DNA of 64,000 nucleotides from a virus: IMG/VR virus record IMGVR_UViG_3300042893_001581, positions 32,001 to 96,000 of that record; one strand, 5' to 3'. Shown piece by piece: positions 56,718 to 64,000 of this stretch (position 1 is its first letter; each line of letters starts with the position of its first letter). The notes under the pieces were generated by a model. It saw only the letters and a program-made list of their open reading frames with translations, ran no database searches and was not told where the DNA came from. The position numbers and the translations under genes were made by a program.

Positions 56718-58456
56718 TGTATCCATTTTATATCTTGTAAATTACCAGGAATAAATTTACCATCGGATCCTAACTTAGCAACAACTTTAGGTTCGTGGAA
56801 TTCTTCAGGATCGGTAAACACTTCTAATACTGCAGGACCTTCCAAAGAAAGAAATTGTTTTAAAATATCTTTCATCAAACTATGATTTTCTATAGACATA
56901 TATTTAAGATCATAAGCATTAATAAGCTTTTTAAAATTAGGGAATGAAACACCGCTATTCTTTTCTGATGCTACAAACTTACCATTAAAGAAAGCTTTTT
57001 GTGATATCTTTATAGATGTATATCCATCATTATTAAATAGAATTATCTTTATTGGTAAATTATAATGTTTAACTGTTTGTAGTTCGTGTACATTTAAATG
57101 TAAACTTCCATCTCCTTCTATACAAACTACAGGTATTTTTGTTGATGCCGCACCAATTGCCGCAGGAAGACCATAACCCATAGGAGCATTTCCTGTATTT
57201 GTTATTAGTCTCTGATCTCCTTTCAGTTTTAATACTTGCATAGTCGCAACATTTGCTGTACCGTCACTGGTAACTACATGATCTGTCGGTTTTAGTAAAG
57301 GCCCTAAAGTTTCTACAAAATGATAGTGACTAACAAAGTCTTTCTTATCTCTATGCCTTTGTAAAACAGTGGGTGTTTCTTTATACTTGTTAGAACAATA
57401 GTTTAACCATTCTTTATCTATAATGTTTATATCTCTATCTATCATTTGTTCTAAAAAGAACTTAGCATCTGAATGTACAGGAATATCTGGATAGAGTGTT
57501 GGTTTGTTTAATTCATTGATGTCTACATCTACATATATCTTACATGCATTCTCTGCAAACCCTTTAAAGTTATAACCTGTCTGTCTTACATACAATCTAG
57601 AACCTATAGATAAAACAAGGTCTGCTTCAGATATAAGATTGTTTGCACATATTTGTGCGTGAGTTCCAAACCTACCAGCGTATCCTTCATAATCGTCATT
57701 GATCAGATCATTTCCATTCACTGCAGATATGACAGGTATTTTTATTTTGCTAATAAACTTTTTAAGTTGATCTATACCACCTGAGAGTCTGATACCATTA
57801 CCAACTATTAAGAGCGGTTTTTTAGACTTGCTTAATTCTTCTGCAACTCTATCTAATATATTATCAGCACACTTAACTTGTTCTGTATCTTTTACTAAAT
57901 CATTACCTACTAACTTATCTGGATTTATGATTGCTGATTGTACATTTAAAGGTATGTCTAACCATACAGGACCTGGTCTTTGTGAGGTTGCTAGTTTACA
58001 TGCGGTATCTAAATGGTATTTTATATCTTCTGGATCGTTGACTTGTACAGCATACTTTGTCATATGCTTTACAGTTTCAATTATATTAAACTCTTGATCT
58101 CCTAATTGTCTTAGGTTATATAGATTATTGTAATTAGTAGTCATCTCCTTATTCACTTGGCCCGTAATAACAATCATAGGAATAGAATCTACCCAAGCTC
58201 CTAATACTCCAGTAATTGCATTAGTTCCACCAGGACCACTAGTAACTATACAAGCTCCTAATTTATTATGCATTCTAGAATATCCTTCTGCTGCAATAGC
58301 TGCGGCTTGTTCGTGATGCGTAGCTATATAATTAACTCCCCCTATATTAGTTAAAGAGTCTACTAAGAATATACAACCACCACCTGAGACTGTGAATATT
58401 GTATCTACTTGATAGTTATCTTTAAGATATTTTATTACATAATCTGATAGACGCAT
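56714..58456 (-). CDS. ThDP-dependent carboligase (acetolactate-synthase family, YerE-like)
   Basis: HEQAA, TSGPGGTN, RPGPVWLDIP, MGYGLP, GDGS..NNDGY. Confidence 0.85.
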   Translation of the reverse strand: MRLSDYVIKYLKDNYQVDTIFTVSGGGCIFLVDSLTNIGGVNYIATHHEQAAAIAAEGYSRMHNKLGACIVTSGPGGTNAITGVLGAWVDSIPMIVITGQVNKEMTTNYNNLYNLRQLGDQEFNIIETVKHMTKYAVQVNDPEDIKYHLDTACKLATSQRPGPVWLDIPLNVQSAIINPDKLVGNDLVKDTEQVKCADNILDRVAEELSKSKKPLLIVGNGIRLSGGIDQLKKFISKIKIPVISAVNGNDLINDDYEGYAGRFGTHAQICANNLISEADLVLSIGSRLYVRQTGYNFKGFAENACKIYVDVDINELNKPTLYPDIPVHSDAKFFLEQMIDRDINIIDKEWLNYCSNKYKETPTVLQRHRDKKDFVSHYHFVETLGPLLKPTDHVVTSDGTANVATMQVLKLKGDQRLITNTGNAPMGYGLPAAIGAASTKIPVVCIEGDGSLHLNVHELQTVKHYNLPIKIILFNNDGYTSIKISQKAFFNGKFVASEKNSGVSFPNFKKLINAYDLKYMSIENHSLMKDILKQFLSLEGPAVLEVFTDPEEFHEPKVVAKLGSDGKFIPGNLQDIKWIQ

Positions 58457-59450
58457 AAATATTTTTTAATGCTAACTGTAATGTTTCTTCTAATTCTATA
58501 GGAACTATTTTAGGATCTTCATCTGTTAGTAGAGCCATATTTATAGTACCTGTATTTTTCTTATCGTGTTTTATAATAGAAATAAGATCATCAAAATTAA
58601 ACCAATCTTCTTGTATTTTTTGATGTTTTATATATGGATAAATTAAATCAAATAATTCTAATTCTTTATTTAAACTTAAGAGTCCTAAAAAATTAGATAC
58701 TTTATTTGCTATTAATATACCGAATAGGACTGCTGTTCCATGAGGAATATTATAATTAGAAGTAGACTCTAAAGCATGACCAAATGTATGACCAAAGTTT
58801 AAAAACTTCCTTTCCTTTTTATCAAATTCATCTATTTGTATGATTGATGCCTTATATGAAAGTCCATCATATATTAAATCAATTAGATTAGTATTGTTCT
58901 CTATATTCTGTGTAGTATTTTTTAAGATGTTGAACTTGATCAGTTCTCCCATTCCACTTAAACGATCTTCATTAGTAAGAGTATTAATAAACTCAGGACA
59001 TACTAAAATAGAATTAGGAGGATAGAATGTTCCTAGTATGTTCTTTACTGATTCAAAATTTATAGAAGTCTTTCCTCCTATACAACTATCACATTGAGAC
59101 AATAGAGTGGTTGGAACTAAATCATATAGTATTCCTCTACAATAGGTTGAACAAACAAATCCAACTATATCTTGAAGTATTCCTCCTCCTATAGCAATAA
59201 TCTTACCATTAGACTTTACTTTTCTTTTTATTAATTCTCTGAATATAGTTGTAGATCCGTCTAATGTTTTATTCTGTTCTGTACAATCAAATAAAATAGA
59301 GTCAGATGGAAGATAGTTCTTATATAATTCATAAACTTTAGCATCTACAATTACAACTTGATCTTGTATGTATAATTGTATATCAGAAACTTTATCATAA
59401 AACTTAACATCGTACTCTCCAAATCTAGATTTTATATTTAAGCTACGCAT
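58422..59450 (-). CDS. 3-dehydroquinate synthase-like (sugar-phosphate cyclase family)
   Basis: GGGILQD, PTTLLSQCDSCIGGKT, KN..G.F, LNFGHTFGHALE, PHG.AV. Confidence 0.85.
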   Translation of the reverse strand: MRSLNIKSRFGEYDVKFYDKVSDIQLYIQDQVVIVDAKVYELYKNYLPSDSILFDCTEQNKTLDGSTTIFRELIKRKVKSNGKIIAIGGGILQDIVGFVCSTYCRGILYDLVPTTLLSQCDSCIGGKTSINFESVKNILGTFYPPNSILVCPEFINTLTNEDRLSGMGELIKFNILKNTTQNIENNTNLIDLIYDGLSYKASIIQIDEFDKKERKFLNFGHTFGHALESTSNYNIPHGTAVLFGILIANKVSNFLGLLSLNKELELFDLIYPYIKHQKIQEDWFNFDDLISIIKHDKKNTGTINMALLTDEDPKIVPIELEETLQLALKNIYASIRLCNKIS

Positions 59451-60070
59451 GAATAACCTCCATCAATTATTATGTTTTGTCCTGTTATATATGAATTCTT
59501 TGTAGCTAAGAAGTAAATTAAATCAGCCACATCATTTACAGTCCCTAATTTATTCAAAGGTATATTTCTCTCTAATTCTTTTATCTGATCTTCTGTATTA
59601 TTCTGTCTTGTAAGATCAGTTAGAATAAAACCAGGTGACACTGTATTTGCTAATATACCAAATTTTCCATATTCCGATGTTATTGATCTTGCTAGTGATT
59701 CTAAAGCTGATTTACTTGCAGAGTAAGCGGCTCTTTTTTCTTTTGATATATTAGACCATATAGAACCTATGTTTACTATACTACCAAAATTTTGGCTAAC
59801 CATATATGGTAAACATTGTTGGATTATTTTTAAAGGAGAATAATAATTTACTTTCATAACTAATTCTTGATCCATGTCCTCAATAGTATTTAGAGGATTG
59901 ATACCAGCATTATTTATGACAATATCAAAATCTGTTCTATTTAATTTAAAATCTTTAGAGAGATCAATCTCGTTTCTATTAGGACCATATACATCATGAC
60001 CATTAATATTAAATAAATCAACTATTTGTTTTCCTATTCCTTTTGATGAACCTGTTATTAATACCTTCAT
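59438..60070 (-). CDS. Short-chain dehydrogenase/reductase
   Basis: TGSSKGIG, NNAG, YSASK. Confidence 0.85.
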   Translation of the reverse strand: MKVLITGSSKGIGKQIVDLFNINGHDVYGPNRNEIDLSKDFKLNRTDFDIVINNAGINPLNTIEDMDQELVMKVNYYSPLKIIQQCLPYMVSQNFGSIVNIGSIWSNISKEKRAAYSASKSALESLARSITSEYGKFGILANTVSPGFILTDLTRQNNTEDQIKELERNIPLNKLGTVNDVADLIYFLATKNSYITGQNIIIDGGYSCVA

Positions 60071-60870
60071 TATTTAAAATCTATAGACTGATTAATTCTA
60101 TCTTGAATCATTTTAATTCTATTAATATCATAATTAGCATTCATGGTATAGTATTCATGTTTTGCCATTAACCATTCATATTCAAACATCTGTGCTTTTG
60201 ATAATGCTCTTGATAGGTTTTTAAGTGTTATTGCTGGATCAAATATTGCATATCTAGTTTCAAATTTATCTAATAATCTTTCTGAATTCAACTTTTTAAG
60301 AAAGTCTAATGACTCTGTAGACACGGCACCGCCTAAACAAGCTTTCAATCCTTTTTCTTTTACTTTCATAAATACTGTTTTTGTCATTTCAAAAACCTCG
60401 TTACTATTTACATAAGATCTATCTTTTCCCATAGAAGAAACTAAATCAACTCTACCTACTGTAATAGCGTACAAGCTATCTGCCTCTTTCATAGATAGAA
60501 TAGAATCTATATTTTCTACTGCTTGTTTTGTTTCTATATTAATAAAAAGTTGTAATGATGATATAATATCTTGAGGAAGAGTTTTATTAATAGAATCTAC
60601 AAACTTCTTTAATGCAAATCCTGATTCTACCATAGGTGCAACAACTCCTTTAACTCCTATAATCGATAAGTCTTTCATGTCTCTTATAGCTTCAGGACCG
60701 CCTATCTTAAGATTCAATTTTACTTTAGATTGATTACAAACTTCTTTTAATCTAATAGTCTCATTAAAGGTAGCACCTTCATCTTCAAAACTGGTTTTGA
60801 TTCCTATTAAACCTTCATTCTCTACAAGATCTGTTAATATCTTGGAACATTTAAACTCTCTAGTATTCAT
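60070..60870 (-). CDS. HpcH/HpaI aldolase / citrate-lyase family protein
   Basis: KIGGPEA, VAPMVES, INIET, VGRVDL. Confidence 0.75.
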   Translation of the reverse strand: MNTREFKCSKILTDLVENEGLIGIKTSFEDEGATFNETIRLKEVCNQSKVKLNLKIGGPEAIRDMKDLSIIGVKGVVAPMVESGFALKKFVDSINKTLPQDIISSLQLFINIETKQAVENIDSILSMKEADSLYAITVGRVDLVSSMGKDRSYVNSNEVFEMTKTVFMKVKEKGLKACLGGAVSTESLDFLKKLNSERLLDKFETRYAIFDPAITLKNLSRALSKAQMFEYEWLMAKHEYYTMNANYDINRIKMIQDRINQSIDFK

Positions 60871-60874
60871 AAAC

Positions 60875-61654
60875 TTATTTTTTTTCTAAAACGGTTAAAT
60901 AATTCAAATTATTCTTATCCAAATATAATTCTTTTATTGTAAAATTAGATTCTATTTCGTCTAGTAAAGTTTTATCTATATATTCAGTGGGAATTTTATT
61001 GGTTAAACTAAAAAATAGCATGTTTATTAATATATTAGAGTTATCGTATCCCCAGTATCCTTTACTTGTTTTTGGATTTTGTATATCTTCCATAAAATAA
61101 ATTCCGCCTGATTTTAATAACTTTATAGATCTATATAGCGTATACATCATATGATGTGGATAGTGACTTCCGTCTTCAATTATAAAATCAAGAGAGTTAC
61201 TAGGAATGGTTTTTTCTATTTCATCCCAGTCATTACTACTATTCTGATCTGCATATATAAAATTAACTCCTACGCTATTTATATACTCTATTTCTTTAGA
61301 TCTATTCTCTAACTTATCTCCCCAAAAATTATCAACAGCATACAAATCTGCATTTTTAAAATAAGATGCCCACATTTTTGGAGATGCAAAAGGACATCTA
61401 TGATCGCAAACTCCAACTTCCAATAAACTTACTTCTTCATTCCTATATTTTTGCATATAGCGTTCATAGACCGTGGTATATCCCCAGGTATCTAAATACT
61501 TAAATTCGTTTTCTGATTGTGCGGACCAATTGCCCCATGACAATTGCATTTTATCTGCTGTACCTTTATCAGTTTCAAATTCATTCGCTAATTCAGAAAG
61601 ATTTTTATCTGGATTAAATAGGTCTGTTTTTTTGTTTTTTTGAAAAAAAATCAT
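60875..61654 (-). CDS. Class I SAM methyltransferase (MycE/TylE-like sugar O-MT)
   Basis: TDKG, LLEVGV, ADQ, DFIIEDGSH, GGIYFMED. Confidence 0.7.
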   Translation of the reverse strand: MIFFQKNKKTDLFNPDKNLSELANEFETDKGTADKMQLSWGNWSAQSENEFKYLDTWGYTTVYERYMQKYRNEEVSLLEVGVCDHRCPFASPKMWASYFKNADLYAVDNFWGDKLENRSKEIEYINSVGVNFIYADQNSSNDWDEIEKTIPSNSLDFIIEDGSHYPHHMMYTLYRSIKLLKSGGIYFMEDIQNPKTSKGYWGYDNSNILINMLFFSLTNKIPTEYIDKTLLDEIESNFTIKELYLDKNNLNYLTVLEKK

Positions 61655-61660
61655 ATGTAT

Positions 61661-62320
61661 TTATTTTTTATGTATAATTGCTGTTCTATATGCATTTTGA
61701 ATATCTTGATGTATTTCTATTTTACTTATATTTTTATTTAGATAATCAAGTTCTTCAGGAAATATAAACTCACAAGATACTGTATCTTTATTTTGAAGAG
61801 CTTTAATTATCTTTATAGTTTCATCATTTCTTTGGCAGCAAGCATGAACTCCTTCTTCAGTAATATCTTCTAATATATAATAACCTCCTGATTTAACATA
61901 CTTAAATAAGTAGGCTAAGGATATCATTTGGTGATTATGTATATGTGAACCGTCTTCTAATATAAAGTCAAATTGTTTTGATCCAAATTCTTTATACATA
62001 GTTTCAAGATCTGGTCTACTGCTTTGATCTCCTTTATAGAATTTTACTCTGTCTCCTAACTCTCCTTCTAAATGTTTCATATCTACAATATCAAATGTAT
62101 ATATAGAAGCATTTTGAAAGTACTCATGCCACATTCTTACTGATTGTCCTCCTTTTGTATATTCCATGCAAATTCCAACTTCTAAAAGTCTAATAGGTTT
62201 GTCTCTCCATTTAGATAGATAATTTTCATATATTGGAGCATATCCATGAACCGTGTTATGTTCATATCTAGTTCCCTTATCTGTATTGTGTTTATTAGCT
62301 AGTTCATCTAAAGTTACCAT
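61661..62320 (-). CDS. Class I SAM methyltransferase (paralog)
   Basis: TDKG..HGY..Y, LLEVGI, GDQ, DFILEDGSH, GGYYILED. Confidence 0.75.
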   Translation of the reverse strand: MVTLDELANKHNTDKGTRYEHNTVHGYAPIYENYLSKWRDKPIRLLEVGICMEYTKGGQSVRMWHEYFQNASIYTFDIVDMKHLEGELGDRVKFYKGDQSSRPDLETMYKEFGSKQFDFILEDGSHIHNHQMISLAYLFKYVKSGGYYILEDITEEGVHACCQRNDETIKIIKALQNKDTVSCEFIFPEELDYLNKNISKIEIHQDIQNAYRTAIIHKK

Positions 62321-63267
62321 ATAAATTTATTTCTATAATAATTAATTATTTTTAAAATTTGTTCATCAAACTTCATAGTAGGTTTCCAACCTAGACTTTT
62401 TAATTTAGAATCATTTAATGCGTATCTAATATCCTGTCCTATTCTAGAATACGATAGGTCTAAATATTTTTCTATATCAGCATCTTTATTATAATTATAG
62501 ATAATTTTTTTAACTGTTTCATAATTAGATTGTTCAAATCCTCCAGCTATATTATAAATTTCATTCTGTACACCCGACTCTATGATTGTAATAATTGCAT
62601 TTGCTGTGTCTTGTGCATGAAGCCAATTTCTTATTGGAGTTCCATTGTTATGCAAAGATATCTTTTTTCCTAAATGCAACATCTTACAAGATTTTGGAAT
62701 CAACTTCTCTACATACTGTCCTATTCCATAATTATTGGTTGGTCTTACTATTATATATGGAAGATTGTATGTTCTAGCCCAAGCTAATACTAACATATCT
62801 CCAGCAGCTTTAGTTGCTGAATATGGATTAGACGGTTTTAATAAATCCTCCTCTGTATGTGCACCTTCATCTATATCTCCATAAACTTCGTCTGTTGAAA
62901 AGTGGAGTAAGATTGGTTTTCTATTAGATTCTAATCTATAATTCTTTATTAGTTCTAATATATTATGAACGCCATCTATATTTGAATGTATAAACTCATC
63001 GCTACTTACTATAGAATTCCCAACATGGGTTTCTGCTGCAGTGTTTATGACATAATCACATTCATAAAGAAACTTCATGTCGTTAATATCTATTTTCTCA
63101 AAAGAAAATCTATCTGGATACTTTTTTGTGAATTCAAATAGGAGATCTTCATTGGATGCATAAGTACACTTATCAATACCTCTTACATACCAACCTTTTT
63201 CTAAACACGCTCTAGTTACATAAGACCCTATAAAACCAAAGCAACCTGTTACATATACTACTTTCAT
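62314..63267 (-). CDS. rfbB: dTDP-glucose 4,6-dehydratase-like
   Basis: TGCFGFIG, AAETHV, STDEVYG, PYSATKA, NNYG..Q..EK.IP. Confidence 0.8.
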   Translation of the reverse strand: MKVVYVTGCFGFIGSYVTRACLEKGWYVRGIDKCTYASNEDLLFEFTKKYPDRFSFEKIDINDMKFLYECDYVINTAAETHVGNSIVSSDEFIHSNIDGVHNILELIKNYRLESNRKPILLHFSTDEVYGDIDEGAHTEEDLLKPSNPYSATKAAGDMLVLAWARTYNLPYIIVRPTNNYGIGQYVEKLIPKSCKMLHLGKKISLHNNGTPIRNWLHAQDTANAIITIIESGVQNEIYNIAGGFEQSNYETVKKIIYNYNKDADIEKYLDLSYSRIGQDIRYALNDSKLKSLGWKPTMKFDEQILKIINYYRNKFIW

Positions 63268-63269
63268 CT

Positions 63270-64000
63270 TTATTTTTTATAATGTTTAACTAATTTTTTA
63301 ATAATTTCCTCAACAGGATATTTTATTTCAAAACCATAAGATTTTAATTTAGTAATATCTAAATATGAATCTTTTACTTGTACTACATCATGAAAATGTG
63401 GTGGTTGTATAATATTAATTTTAGAATTAGAATTAGATAGATCTTGTGCTAAATAAATAAGATCTCTCAATAAAGTTCTTTTCCCACTACCTATGTTAAT
63501 AATTTCATTAACAGGAGCTTTATTAATACAATGCATTATAGCATCACATACATCATCAACGTATATATAATCTCTAACAGCATTTCCTCCATCATATAAA
63601 AATATTTCTTCATTTTCACATAAGCATTTAACCATATGTTGTAAAGCATTTTTCTTTCTGGATATCTTACCATCGCCTTCACCTAATACATTTGCTAATC
63701 TAAATATTCTATACTTAATTCCAAAAGTTTCACAAAAACTAATTAACATTTGCTCCGCAGCTCTTTTAGTTATAGAATAAAATCCAGTAGGATTACATAC
63801 AGAATATTTTTCATTGAAAGGAAGAATATCATTTTTACCATATACAAACCATGAACTTACAAAATTAAATACTAAATCTTTATCATCTCTATTTATTCTT
63901 TCTAGTACGGACATTAATACATTTAAATTTGTATTAATATCTAAATGGAGATCTTTATGAATGTTATAATTATCGACCGTACTTATAAAATATAAAATCT
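63270..64000 (-). CDS. NAD-dependent epimerase/dehydratase (5'-partial)
   Basis: VSSWFVYG, YSITK, RDYIYVDD; frame stays open to the window end. Confidence 0.75.
   Translation of the reverse strand, partial: ILYFISTVDNYNIHKDLHLDINTNLNVLMSVLERINRDDKDLVFNFVSSWFVYGKNDILPFNEKYSVCNPTGFYSITKRAAEQMLISFCETFGIKYRIFRLANVLGEGDGKISRKKNALQHMVKCLCENEEIFLYDGGNAVRDYIYVDDVCDAIMHCINKAPVNEIINIGSGKRTLLRDLIYLAQDLSNSNSKINIIQPPHFHDVVQVKDSYLDITKLKSYGFEIKYPVEEIIKKLVKHYKK

Noticed and set aside
56714-59450. Auxiliary metabolic genes ilvB and aroB
   Set aside because: They are embedded in a nucleotide-sugar operon with no other ilv/aro genes, so glycan biosynthesis fits better.
1-64000. Stop-codon reassignment
   Set aside because: Long genes are intact in the standard code, and TAG/TGA end genes at sensible positions (e.g. 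17580, 26728, 29793).

Overview
AT-rich, densely coding segment of a large T4-like (myovirus-type) tailed phage. The host is probably Bacteroidetes, inferred from the lack of Shine-Dalgarno motifs, A-rich/GTTATG start contexts and TAnnTTT(G/A)-like promoters. Layout: (1) 1-8.5 kb, minus strand: putative capsid-packaged proteins sharing an N-terminal M(I)KLxxLLxE leader, including nucleotide-handling enzymes and a putative aminoacyl-tRNA-protein transferase. (2) 8.5-12.9 kb: exonuclease, primase, a structured intergenic region, glutaredoxin, HD protein and a gp55-like late sigma factor. (3) 12.9-32 kb, plus strand: baseplate/virion module ending in a virion gene that appears split by a mucin-like Thr-rich extension and three glycosyltransferases. 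(4) 32-54.6 kb, minus strand: small early/accessory genes organised by five copies of a ~150-bp promoter cassette carrying triple IHF-consensus palindromes, plus one degenerate tRNA. (5) 54.7-64 kb: a sugar-nucleotide cluster with a ThDP carboligase, a sugar-phosphate-cyclase-like enzyme, an aldolase and methyltransferases. The best candidate for an undescribed system is phage-encoded O-glycosylation of a mucin-like virion appendage, possibly with an unusual branched or carbocyclic sugar. All functional calls come from motif recognition by eye; no searches were run.
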